Shown: piece by piece, positions 11,831 through 28,022 of the stretch
How the letters are laid out: every line of letters starts with the position of its first letter
How positions within the stretch are numbered: position 1 is the stretch's first letter
From: Trichosphaerium sp. ATCC 40318
Taxonomy: Eukaryota; Protista; Tubulinea
Assembly (NCBI GenBank): GCA_038496445.1
Contig: JALMLS010000505.1
Location: 1-64,000 of the forward strand
Length of the DNA stretch: 64,000 nt
Direction of reading: 5' to 3'
Program-made: the position numbers and the translations under genes
Notes under the pieces: model-generated
Seen by the model: the letters and a program-made list of their open reading frames with translations, nothing else
The model's database searches: none
Told to the model about the DNA's origin: nothing

Positions 11831-13389
11831 TCGATTTTGAACAAATTTTTGACTGAAAAACATAATGTTAGCGTATGTCGTATAAGGTTCCACCATACTC
11901 CAGAGTGAGTGTGTTAATACGTTTTATATAGCGTAGTGGTTAGTACGCGACACGTATTACAAGGAGCCTCATATTGAACGCCCAAGCAACAATGGGAAGA
12001 AAACAGAAAAATAGTTTCTTTTTACCATTGGTGTAGGCATGTAGCGCTGTTGGTTAGCAAGACTTTCGCTGTAGATTAATGTTAACTATGTAGGCGAATG
12101 AACCAAATAGCCAAAGCGAAGCTGTAACCGGAGGGATCTAAACTAGATCACAACTATTCAAACCTAAAATTACAGATTGCTATTGCTATGCGAACATGTC
12201 ATCACCAGTGGATACTACATATTAAGGTTTAGACTCCACGTCTTATGTTGGTTTGCTACAACGAATGGTTGGAAGCGTTCATGGTTGCAACAAAGATCAT
12301 AGGCACAAGTCAAAAAAAAAGTTGTTGCAAAAATACTATTAGTAACGCAATATTGTATCCGCCAGAGTAGGACAATGAAAATGACTGGATGTCAGCTTTG
12401 CTACATTACAAAGTAACCATAGAAACAACAGTACCACCAAAACCCCTCAACAGAAAAAAAATAGAACGAGGCGGTGACGGCTATGAGACGTAGAGAAATA
12501 AGCTGTCTTTATTACAATAACAACAGCAGACTCAATTATTTGCCTTGTTGGCACTCTGTTAATCTTCTACAACGTAGATACACAAAATAGCAGAAATAAA
12601 TTGTTGCGGTACTTTGGCGAGAGTAGATCGATCGTTACAGTAGATTGTGGCGCGTAAGTAGTTCGTTGGTGCCGTGTTCATGTCCCACAGTGTTGTTGGT
12701 TCTGTTTAGCTCAAAACACTGTATGTTTAACACAAAGGCTCTCTCAAAAACGCTGTAATTTAAATAGCCTATTCTACAATCCAAAGTGTTACAAACGAAC
12801 CACTGGAAGATAGAAAAAAAATCTATCTCGAAACGTGATCAAACAAAAAAAAACAAATGGTTACGTTCTACCTGGCGTAAAAACTGCTCAACACGTTTCG
12901 TTGCGTTACGGTTCTCGTTATGATAATGACAACACAGACAATGTGTTGCGTGTCGGGTTAAAAAATAGTCCGCGAAAACAAAAGCGTTCTACACAACTGC
13001 AAACTACAAAGAAATAGGTTTTGCCTTAAAGGGTTTTTCTTTGTTTTCACAACTGCATTTTGAAAAACTGGTTCGCACTTGTTTCGCTCTATCACTGTAC
13101 GCTTATCTGATGATTTCTAAGCGACATCTCGTCAAATCACTTGCTAGCTTCACAATTAACGCTGTACCAACTGAAATCTTAGCTATCTTTGCTATGGAGT
13201 TACTCCCACGCACAGCAGTTCGAAAAGAAAAAAAATTAGCAAGCGTTTACGACAAGACTTTTTACTGTGATTATCTTTATTTTCAGCTTTGTTACAATGC
13301 TAGCGCCACTCAAAACTATACTTGTTATTTTTCCAGTTCAATGTGAAGCGTTTCTATCATCGAGCTTTCTAAGGAAATGCTTCAACCTA

Positions 13390-13560
13390 CAGTGAAGAAC
13401 AAAATAATGTATTTACCACCGTCGTTGGAACATGTTCTAGCCAAATCTCTGCTACTATTTTGAATGGAGCACTCAATGGATCTTATTTGTCCAATCGTAG
13501 GTGTTCGTCTTGTTTTCTTGGCTTGGCATGTAGGTAGACATTCCTGTATCTAAGTCTGAG
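13390..13560 (-). pseudogene. Possible LTR-retrotransposon (Gypsy-like) integrase relic
   Basis: Reverse strand reads CLPTCQAKK..PTIGQIRSI, then in a shifted frame APFKIVA, then ..DL..GGKYIIL. This resembles the end of the integrase HHCC zinc finger and the start of the core. Short and frameshifted. Confidence 0.35.
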
Positions 13561-14159
13561 TTTTTTATCATAGCAAAACCCTAGTATGAACTAAAATATG
13601 CAATTGCTGTTTATTTCAAGTACAGATAAGATTGGCTAACTGTATTTATGAATGCAATCATTCTATGTTCAAATATAAACACTAGAAGAGTCCTGCTGAG
13701 TATGGAAGTTGTTCAGAAATATTAAGAAGGCATCACTAAAGACTTGTACTCCTTTTTGAGAATTTGTGTGAAGATCTCTTGCTCATAACAGAAAACTGCT
13801 ACTTATATTCCATGTACTCTAAGCGCTTACAATGCATGTGACATATTTCAGAGAGAAAGAAACTTATTCATAAGTAGAGTTTCCATGATTGCAACTTGTA
13901 TCCTATCCATCCTTCCACAGTGCAGTGTTGTACTAGCTTAGATGCCCTTCTTTGCTTCCCTCATTTGTTCTCTTACCAATAGCCAATACGAAGAACCAGC
14001 TATCATTGACCAACAGTACTCAGTGCCTCAGGAGCAACAATGGAAAAGTAACTTTTTTTCTGTTTTAATCCACCAAGTACAAGAGATGAAGGACTAGCTT
14101 GTGTTAAAAAGTCATAAATTGTTCAATGTGTAGTTTTTTAGTACTCAAAAAACGCACGT

Positions 14160-14620
14160 GCGTTTATGAAAACCAGAGAGAGAAATTATTTTTATTGTCG
14201 GATTCTATGCACTCATACATGTTGCATTAGTGTGCAAAGAATCAGGGTCAAAATCGGTCTGGTAAGCGAGAAATTTTGACTTTTTTGTTGATTTTTTGCT
14301 CCAAAAACGAAGACTTTTGTACCTTATGAAAAAATAGAAAATACGCGTATTGACATGTTGGTGTAGTGTGTAAAAAATCATGGATGAAATTGACCGTGGT
14401 TGCCATAAATGCTACCTTTCTTATTTTTTTCTGGAAATTTTTTCGTATCAACCGCTAGGTACAAAAGTCTTCGTTTTTGGAGCAAAAAATCAACAAAAAA
14501 GTCAAAATTTCTCGCTTACCAGACCGATTTTGACCCTGATTCTTTGCACACTAATGCAACATGTATGAGTGCATAGAATCCGACAATAAAAATAATTTCT
14601 CTGTCTGTATTCATAAACGC
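14160..14620. mobile_element. Foldback/MITE-like element with ~164-bp near-perfect inverted arms and a ~132-bp spacer
   Basis: 14160-14324 is the reverse complement of 14457-14620 apart from a few differences near the outer ends. Non-coding; no clear TSD. Confidence 0.85.
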
Positions 14621-15331
14621 TTTACAAGTAGAACAATAACCTTATAAATATTGTTTGTGCTTCTGGTAACTTACAGCGGTTGCATGTAGCTTTATGTATT
14701 GTCTGTTGGGAGTATTGGCGGCTTCATTGAGTGGATCCAAGCGTGAAAAAAGATAGACTATACTGTTACAAGCTTGTTAGTTTGTGAGTGGAATGGGCAC
14801 GTAATTACTCAGAGTGTTTGTTGTCCGTTGTTGTAGCACTCCTGTAAATTTCAACGTGTACACAATTGTATTTTGAAACCAAAAGACCAGTATTGTTGGT
14901 TCGCTCAGTATAAACAACTCAACTAAGTACACCATTTTCGTTCTTGTTCTCCTTCCGCTTCAGCATGAATATAACGCTATTGGGCATGAAACATACCGTT
15001 TGTGATACGCCCTTCATGATGTTTACCATTGCTGAATACTTGTATTGACCCGATATGCGCTTACAGTGCAATATTTGGCACCTTGTACGCCAAGTATGAT
15101 AATTTTATGCTATGGTGGGTACAACAAGAACCAAAACCCAGTTGTTTGATAGACCGGAGAAGGAAAAATCTCAATTGGTATCTTTTGTATGTTATGGGTT
15201 GATTCACATACTACATACAGCCCCTACAATACCCACCCGATGTCACTTGAAAATTGTACTTATAATCAAGAGACTTGCATAGATAATCAATGTGATTCCA
15301 ACCGGTGTAAAATACAAAAAAAACCAAATAC

Positions 15332-16003
15332 TTACTCTTGTTTTCCAATCCGAATGTGGTTTCCATCCTTTATGTATACTATTGATGTAATAACCTTGAA
15401 CATGAAAACATTTTCATAACAATATAGCATGTATGCTCCTTCTCGTTTTCCATCTACATAGTTATAGCAGCTATAAAGAAAGCCATAATAATGCCACCTC
15501 CATGACTTTCCTTCTTTTTTGCCATTGATATAATAACACCTCTTACTTAACTGGCCGTACTCGTACCATGACTTGCTATCTCCTTCTAGTTCACCGTTGG
15601 AATACTCACATTGCTTCTTCAATTGACCATTTTGGTGCCACTCCTGATACTCTCCTTCATGTCTATCATTGACATAGTGACCTATCTTATGTATTTGGCC
15701 ATTTTCATGCCACATCTTGCACTCTCCATGACATTGGCCATGTCTCCAATTTTTTTCAGCCTTTGACAGATGTTACTGACTACTGCTATTTTTTAGTTTT
15801 GTTACCTTGCGTAGACCTGTTAATCGCCTAATTTGCCATTTTCCATGTTTTTGTAACTTATCATCAAATCTTGTTGTCATTGCTGTGTATTTTGTTAATA
15901 AAGGCCATATTTGATACAATTTAGAGTCTAAATCGATAATATCCAGATGTATCTCTACTGGAAGATGTAATAAACTTATACTACTTGATTTTGAGTTATC
16001 CAT
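15332..16003 (-). CDS. F-box-like + MORN-variant (MORN_2/YwqK-like) repeat protein, short paralogue
   Basis: N-terminus LLHLPVEIHLDII..W. A 45-nt GTAACA...AAAG intron removes the apparent TAA at 15773-15775. Repeats of the form WHENGQ...YxNG..EG. The 3' end may continue through a GTAAGT donor. Confidence 0.75.
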
Positions 16004-16372
16004 TCTTTTTAGTACTTGTATAGTTGCTCTGGACGTTGTTTAGAATAGATGTTGTTTTAATGTAGTGAAAGGCGTTTATACAGCTCTTCTACACGAGCGT
16101 GTTGTGTACTAGGTTAGTTTCGCTTCGGTTGGTAATGCATCAGTTAGTAGCCTGAAAAAGAAATGGCAGTCAAACTTTTTCGCCTATTGAATCTTATTTG
16201 TCTTTCATAGCAGAGTATCATGGCCTGAGAAATTCCAGCTTTCTAGAGAACGAAGAAGACGGACTCGTTGATATATTGTCGCTTTATGCCACGTAATTAC
16301 GAGGATTGTAGTGAACCTTGATACCTTTAAGTCATACTTTTTTGTAACTTAGGTTGCCAGTAAACAGTCACT

Positions 16373-18104
16373 ATGCAAACTGGTAAGCTCCGACCAAGTA
16401 AATATGTTCCAAGGATACAAGGTAAGGTGCGACTTGTTGTAGTGGCAGTTATTCTCTTCTGGTACGTCATGTTTTAAGGCGTTTCATAAATAACCAAGCA
16501 TCTAAAATCATCCTTCAGGGTGGCTAACAATGTTGGCGTCGTAATCTCTAATAAATACGTACGACGATGTGAAAATCGCAAGTACTCAAATTAAACAATA
16601 AACGACGCCATAGATATTCAAAGTACTCGTATGGCAACACCCTATCACATTATCCGCACGTGATTTTGAAATAATAAAAAAAAAACTATAACGGGTCAGA
16701 ATACGCGTTTTCACACTTGTTCTTAGGCTGTTCATATGCTTGTTTGCTCCGCTGGATCTTTTTTGATTATACACGCTTTTAAGATAGTACCTGCTGCGAA
16801 AATGTCTTCAAGGGATTACTTTTATGGTATTATACCTCTCGGTGTAATTATGGCTTTTAACGTTGTTCTTGGGAATGTATCTCTTAGATACATACCTGTG
16901 TCATTCATGCAAACGATAAAGGTACTACCAAATGATTCTATATAACGTTAGGTTTCAACTAAATAATGTTTGATCGCTAGGAATGTTATACAGATAGCCT
17001 TTTTTGATGTTTTAGCCATCCGTTTTGAACTGTTTTTAACTCCTTTTTTCATGCCACGTGGACACTTTATCAATGTTATCTGATGTTGTAATTTAGTCTC
17101 TTGGGCCCTTCTGGACTGTTGTCGTACAATATTTATTCTATCGAGTTGTCTACATTGAGAAGGGTGTCTATTTATCAATCATACCGATTGTTGTTGGTGT
17201 AATGTTGGCTACTTTTTCCGAAGCAAATTTCGTCCTTGTTGGTTTTTTATCGGCTCTCACAAGTTCGTTGATAGGAGGTACGATAATTTCTATTTATATT
17301 TTCTAATTTAACTCTAAATGGAGCTCTGCTTGAGTGAAAGTTGAACTTTAATGAAATTCGATTTTCCATTTGTATTTTTTGATTGACCGTTTTAAAGCTG
17401 AATTTTTGTAGCTATAAATAACTCTGTAAGTGGTAAATTATTGTCTCATAAACTTGATCCTATAAACCTTATTTACAATATTGCACCATGGAGTTTTTTG
17501 GTATTGGCTCCTATAGCATGTTATGGTACCAGGACTCAAAAATAAAAATGACCCAAAGTAGAATTTATTGTGCTAACGCTTTATAGTTGAACTTCAATCT
17601 ATCGAAAACGCAAAGGAGATATTTTTGATACCTGGTCTACCTTGGGTTTTGATACCTAATGCCTTACTTGCTTTAATTCTTAGTACGTCATACATCAATC
17701 AAACAAATTGAGTGAAAATGGTTATGTTTATCACGTGCCTATTTGACTGAAATTGCAGTAATTGTTTCTTTAGATTTTAGTACATTTCTATTTATAAATA
17801 CAACGTCTCCACTTACGTATACTGTTGTTGGTAACTGTAAAGTTGTGATAACAATAATTTTGTCTGTACTAATTTTCGGTAACAAGGTACTTTACATCAC
17901 TGATAAGCCTTATTGGTTACTTTTGTTTCAAGTTTATAATTTCTTTACCTTTAGGTATCTTTTACTAGTGGCGTGGGTTGCTTTATTACATTAGTAGGAG
18001 CAATGTATTATCAACGATGTAAGTTTAGCGAGCAAAAGAAACAGAAAAAATTGCATAGCACGCATGAACATGATCTAGAAGCTGATATAAATCAACGACG
18101 GTAA
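16373..18104 (+). CDS. Nucleotide-sugar / triose-phosphate transporter family (SLC35E/TPT-like)
   Basis: Spliced motifs VVISNKYIF, NVVLGNVSLRYIPVSFMQTIK, PIVVGV, TSPLTYTVVGNCKVV; multiple hydrophobic segments. Confidence 0.88.
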
Positions 18105-18325
18105 CCTCTAGACTTTAACCCCAAAAAAACACTCCATCTGTACATAAACAATTTCAAGAACGCCTTCACATGGTCCCATTGCAACCACCTACAACACATT
18201 GGAATAGACCGATATTCTGTTGCGATAAACGGAAACTAAACACCCCATATAATCCATGGAGAATCTTTTCTCCAGTTGTTTAATAATTGTACAAAGCGGC
18301 ATTTGTTTATTATATTCATTTTTTT

Positions 18326-21631
<3,306 letters not shown>

Positions 21632-21904
21632 ATTACCGTATATATAGCCTTACGCTTCCCAGGTTACTGATTTTGAGCTACTTGCACATCAATCAGAAAA
21701 ACAAGGCGGCTTGCCAGTCGTATGACAGTCAATGCTCTCAGCGAATTTGTCGGACTTAATTGCGTTAACGCTGCAAGTTCAGTTTGACGGCGGCTAATGA
21801 GGCTATACAGTTTGGTATCAATTCTCAGTTATGTTTTTGCATCTAGCTGCCTGAGGCGTGAATGACTGTGCAAGATAATAAAATTTATTGAATTAAATGG
21901 TAAT

Positions 21905-22943
21905 CTACAACAAAGCGAGCTGTTCTGGGGTTAACTCGATAGGAGCACTACGCTTCCTGTCAATCTTGGTACCATTGCTATCAGGCCAACGTCCAAGTAA
22001 GCACTTTTGTGGCCAATGTGTGGATGTATAACCGTTTTTAAAGAACTCCTTACGCTTCTTCATTATATCCTCGGAAGCAAGCGACTTTGGTACCATACAG
22101 ATTGTAAACGCTAATCGTGCAACATCAATTGAAGAAGTATCTCCTTCAAAGTATTCGTCATCGAAACCGGTACCAACTAAACCACCGTGCACGGTTCTAG
22201 AATCCCAAATGATGAAGTCACCTACACAAACAAGCAGTTAGTCTCACTAAAGTTGATAATACTTGTTGGTGTGTAGAGTTATCTCACCCGCTTTAGCTTC
22301 AATCAATTTGTTTTTCTTTTTCCACAACTTGTCTTTAGCAGATACTGTACAGAAATCACCACCGCCTCCATACGTTGATAAGATATGCTTGGACATCTCC
22401 ACCGTATGTGTCTTTGGGACAACTTCAAGGCCGCCTGTTTCCGGTGTAACATCTCTCATCACGAGCATACCTTGGGCGCACTACAGTCAACACGGTTAGT
22501 ATACGCAACGTAACAAGCAACAGTACCAAAAAAGTTTGCTTTTCAGGATTCTGATCAACGTGCAATCCCTCGGTTCTTGGTGGCTTATAACCGTATTTAC
22601 CAGACTTAGACCATGGTCTCCACATTATTACGGCGTCCATACTCGTTATAAGGTCGTCAGTACCCCATATTTCAGCAAATGCTGCTTTTATTTTAGGGTT
22701 GGCGCGTGCCCTCCAAACGGCTTCGCAGTGGGCTGTACCATGATTTGTAACGAACCCAGTTCTGAAATCTCCAGGCCATCGCTCGTTAGCCCACGTTTTA
22801 TAATCTGATGGATCTATTGACGCGTTCAAGGTTTTCAGTTTGTCCCAAAACAATTTTCTGACGGTTTTAACTTCTTCAGCGTCTAACGCGTTTTTAATTA
22901 CTACGTATCCGTTTTCCTTAAGCGCCTTCTTTACGTCTGTCAT
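21905..22943 (-). CDS. PhyH-like Fe(II)/2-oxoglutarate dioxygenase
   Basis: ENGYVVIKNAL, LHVDQN (HxD), GGLEVVPKTH, GDFIIWDSRTVHG; two introns. Confidence 0.85.
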
Positions 22944-25638
22944 TCTGAACTTTGATTTCTTACTTACGAAGTTCGGTAGTGGTATGGGTGTGAAATTATC
23001 CTAAATACCTGTTCACCTAAAACTGTTTTTAGTTTCGCCGTTTGGTTTTTCTTTCCCGGATTTTAGTATGTACAACAGTAACGATCTGCTACTTTAATGA
23101 TAGTACACACGCTCGCAAAACGGTATGTGATGACATTTTCTGACATACATTAGACGCACCTATAGCTACAGAGTTGAACAAGAGAGTTACCTCAGTGCTA
23201 CAGAACACAACGGCTTGCTGTCATTATTATTGTCGGTTCACGTATCGCTTGAGTTCAATGAGCTCAAACTCGCTAAAACAGAGTGCTGGCCTGTTTTCGA
23301 GGCGCAATCTGCGCTCTTGGTCTCAAATACTATCCAGGTAAATGATTGATTTAAGCTCGTCTACCTCCTTTATTAGGTATTACTGATGAAGTGAATGCTT
23401 CAACCTCGTACTCAAAGATGTTACAACAGTAACAAGGTGTCGTTTGATTGATTATTGTTCTGTAAGTAGCACATGTTTTCTCGGCGTTGATTGTTTTGTT
23501 GGTACGTTTAAAACTCCATTTCATATCTTTTAACTAACGCTCTATAGATCAACTTCCTCGCCACTGCCAGCCCTTACTCCAAACAACATTAGCTCCAAAA
23601 ATGACTCCTACTACGAAAAAATAACACAACCATCATTTTCTGTGCCTTATTACTTGATTTCAGTACGTGTAAAGATATCACATGTGACATTATCTGACGC
23701 TTCCTTAAATTTGCACAGGAACTATTGTAAAGTGTGGTTGGATCACTTAAAAACAAAGAAAGGTAAACCTGTAGTTGCTTCATGAAGCATTGTATCTTAG
23801 AATAAACGCAACTTTGGAGTTCATGTTAGGATTCGTGTAAATGTACATGATTGAATTTATTAATTGTATGTGATCATTAACAAGGATAAGATTAGTCTGT
23901 AGTCGCCTCTACCCGAATCAATTAAATACAAAGGTTATGTATTAGTCTACAGTTACCTCGCTACCTGGATCATTACAATTCAAAGACGCACCTTAACATT
24001 GGTATCAAGCTCGCTGATAAAGCGAGGAAAACGACTTGAAAGCATTTTTTGCAAACCTCGGAAGTTTGGAAGCACACTGTTGTGACCAAATGCTGACTCA
24101 AGCCGGAATTGACCGGATTATCGGCAAGCTGTTCAAAAAACAGTACAAAAACTGTATTTTTGGCATCGCCGTGCGTAGGTGATGCTACTGTAGCACTATT
24201 TTCTTTTTGCAACAAAGAGCAAGGGATAACAATACGGACTACAATCGTACGTCGCAGTCGATGTAAACACTAAAAGCTTTTGATCTCTCTGCAACTCAAG
24301 TCTACATACGTACCTTGTTTGTCCAAGTTTTTACGGCATACAATCTGTATTATGATAATACCACTAATGCAACGTGTACATAACTGCAGCAATAAACGAA
24401 ACCAAGGTCGAAACAAAAAAAAACTACCGTTAAAGAAAAGTCATGACTTTGCTTCTTGTGGAGGAAGACCTAAAGCTGCAACAACACAGGAGTATTAGCT
24501 TGAACTCTGTTTGGCTTTTATTGTAGAGGTATCCCATTCGTAGGTGATAAGGGTTTACTGTTACCTCGTGCAGCTCCGTTGTGGTTTTTTGGTCTTTTCT
24601 CCATCTCCGTACTCTCAATACTCTACCTGGCGTCCAAACAACATAAGGTAACCTTAATTTAATTTTCTTGTGCAACTTCTCATCTTTGTCAGTAGCACGC
24701 TCATTACTACACAGCACCTAGTGATCCTTCTTTTGAGGCTCTCGCTCAAAACCACTTGTTATTATGTCCTATTTTGTTTTGAGGTTACAACGCTCATGGT
24801 GCACGCATATACAGTGCTGGCGTTGCGTTGAGTGGTATTGCAGAACTAGTTGGGTTTTTTTTTGTGTCTAATAGTCACGCACGCGTGCTGAGGGTTGCTA
24901 CGGTGTTAGTTGAGCACAAAAGCTCAAAGGCGTTTTGTTGCAAGTCGCAAGTTGCTTTACACATGCAACTGGTCACGTACCTGAAACCAGCTGCGGTATT
25001 ACTTCATTCGGGCATTAACTTGTTTCTGTCATATTTCATGTTTATACGCGTACAATACTCAGTCTCTGGTACAAAAACCAGGACAATCATCGCTTGAAGA
25101 AAGACATTAACACTGCAAGGTATTCGCTATTTTTTGGTTAAATAACAACCAACTTTGTATCAAACGATAAATGATTGAGTATGTTCTCGATTCTTAAACA
25201 CGGTGGTGTTAAATAGTTGAAAAACCTTTTCGTTCGAACGTGTTGCAATTTTTTTTTCCCTGTTCAAAACGCTTAAGTTCGGTAATGCTTCTACCGAAAT
25301 CGTACGCCCAGTGCATTGAGCACTGCAAGCACGAGTTCGTTGACAGAATCAATAACCACGTGAAAGTTGAAAAACGCAACGGAATGATCAATTTTGTTCT
25401 GTGGTTGCAATCATCTAACAACATACTATATGTTAATAAAGCCCTTACTACGTTCTATACGCCTTTCTACAATATCAATAGCACTAAGTTTAGAAGCATT
25501 TTCACAATGTGCTACATACTTTCTACATACTTTTGTCTGCATTGCTTAAAACGCCTCATTCTAAGACAGACGTACGTACATCTGAAATTCGCGAAGTCAC
25601 TTAAGCGGCGTTCAAAAAAGCTCATCGCAAGCGTGACA

Positions 25639-26654
25639 ATGGTACAATGGACTGCACCATCCTAGTTACACTGTATTTATCTAATACACACCATAGGGCA
25701 GTCACGAAAATGGCAAACGCCAATTAACAATGAAAATTATTTTTGCAGGCAATTACTGTGCGTAAAACTGGCGAATGGAACCATTTTTTCAAGGATTGAC
25801 GTGAATTTTTACTAATGTCGACAATAGCTGCCGGAAAAACAGCAATATTCAAGCGATACAGTCAAGGAGTATACGAGGGAAACTATAGGGCAACTGTACG
25901 TAGAATCTGGGCAAGTCAGATCTTTACAATGACTTTTATTAGGTAGGCACCGATTTTGCTACAAAAGTCATCAAACGCCATGATGTTACATTTAAAGTTC
26001 ATCTATGGGATATAGTGCGTTAATCTATTTATTAAATGATTTAAATTCTCTGAGCTAAACTAAAAATATCAGGCAGGGCAAGAACGGTTTCAAAGTGTAT
26101 CAGCTGTACGTCTAATAAATTTTCTAAAGCAATTCTATTTCCACAATAACGGTTTTTTTTGACACTTTAGAAATTTTTGACTTTTTTTTTTTTAATTTTT
26201 CATGTAGATGTACTATAGGCAATCACATGGCGCTTTTGTTGTTTTTGATGTTACAAGTAATAAAACGATGCATGCAATAAAGTTTTGGATGGATGACATA
26301 AAGAAGAAAGTGCCCAACTATCCAAATGCACCTCGTCATAAAATACCAATAATTCTACTCGCCAATAAGGTTAACTGACTCCCTTTACAAGTTTTCGTAA
26401 TCATTTTACTAACTATACTCTAGATTGATGCTATTGATAACTTTAATGAAGATTTTAAGGCTACAATGGACGAGATTTGTACAGCAGAAGGATTTGTAAC
26501 TTGGATTGGGACTTCAGCTAAAACAAATGAAAACGTCGACAAAGCATTTAATATGCTCATAGATAATGTACATATGGTTCATCAGAACGCAGGACTTCCT
26601 TATGATGTATTAAAGAAACATATACCAAGAACAAGGCCCAAGTGCGAGTGCTAG
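25639..26654 (+). CDS. Rab32/38/29-like small GTPase
   Basis: Spliced GNYSAGKT, YRATVGTDF, WDIAGQERF (Rab32-group signature), LANKID, WIGTSAK, C-terminal CEC. The first coding exon is probably ATG only. Confidence 0.85.
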
Positions 26655-26905
26655 AATAGTAACAAGAACACCAAGAACAACATTGTACATAAGTAATAAA
26701 AAAAAAAAAGGTTTGTAATTTCACGTACAAAATAGTTCCTATGTTTGTCTAATATACCTGAAGAGATACCTTAATAATAAGAGAAACTGTGATTAAGTGA
26801 GAAATGTCAGTCAACATGTCAAGTGCCGGAAAAATGAAGCGGCGAAATCGGTGTTTCTTAATTTGAAAATAGTTCCTTCTATAGCAACTACACACAACGT
26901 AGTTT

Positions 26906-27632
26906 ATGCAAATGTACCTTTTTATTGCGTGTATATTGGCTGTAGCAATGAGTGGTGCCTCCAAGTCGAAAACACTATTCAACTTTGCAAAAGAGCCTGT
27001 TACTGGTTGGTATGAAGTCAGTGATACTGCCAGACGCGTAGGCAAGCTATGGTATTTGTTTTGCGCCTAAAATACCCTAGGAATGTCATTTGCCGTTATA
27101 TCAACTCAAAGAGCACAGCTATTTCAACGGGCAGTATTCTTTGGCCTTTTAAACCCTCAACCAAGTCCGTATTCGCTATTAGTGGACTTTCTTCGCTAAA
27201 TCACGTTTAGATGGAGCTTGTTTTGCAAGCATGCTTAAAAATGTTAAATGGGATCTAAGTGAGTACAATGGGATTACAACGAATGTCAGAGCTCAAGGAA
27301 AAAGTAAGAAATTCTCCGTTCTTTTGAGAGGTTATGAACAGCAGTACACATACGAATATTTCTTCACTCTTGACGATAAAGAGGACTTTGTTAATGTTAC
27401 TATGAAATTTAGTGACTTTGAAGCGTACTACAGAGGTACATGAACAGCCCTGGTTCACTTAAAATATATGGTTTCTTAAAAAAAAATAGGTAAACTTGTT
27501 TCCGATGCTCCACCTCTAAAGAAGGAGTCAATAACTACTTTTGGTTTTCGTGTTGCTGGTGGAGTTTACTCAGAACATAAGCAATCTGGTCCTTCAAGCC
27601 TTGAAATAAACAACGTCACAGCATGGCAATAG
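26906..27632 (+). CDS. CIA30 (NDUFAF1-like) domain protein with signal peptide
   Basis: Leader MQMYLFIACILAVAMSGA, then WYEVSDT, GACFAS, FSDFEAYYRG, GPSSLEI. Confidence 0.75.
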
Positions 27633-28022
27633 GATTAAACTTGCAACATTTATTTTTTTGTAAACACGTGCAAATTTGAAAGTATAAATTGCAGCCAATA
27701 AATATTTACTGCAAACATAGGCAGTTAATTATTGTACACACATGTAATCCACTTCAAAACAGGCAAGTGAGAGTGAGACCTCAACAAGCACTGATAAGCT
27801 TGGTGTAAAATGTTTAAATTGTGTCCATCCCTATTTTGCCTACTCTTCGCAATAGAATCTCAATGGCTCCCGCAGCATACAAGAAAATGTGTGCACAATT
27901 CTTTCTTTTCTATCTCTTGCACTCTTCTTCACGCTTGCCATTGTTACAAAACAATTAGTGCTTAATATACCATTCTCACAACTTAAACACTTGTGTCGGC
28001 AAAACAGTTTTATTGCAATCAC

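Noticed and set aside
14980-15060. Classical MORN repeat relic (FSNGKHHEGRITNGMFHA, minus strand)
   Set aside because: A single short match without an open context; could be chance.
23150-24780. Gene in the region of the 95-aa ORF 24430-24717 and nearby splice-like signals
   Set aside because: I could not build a consistent spliced model or recognise a domain; left unannotated.
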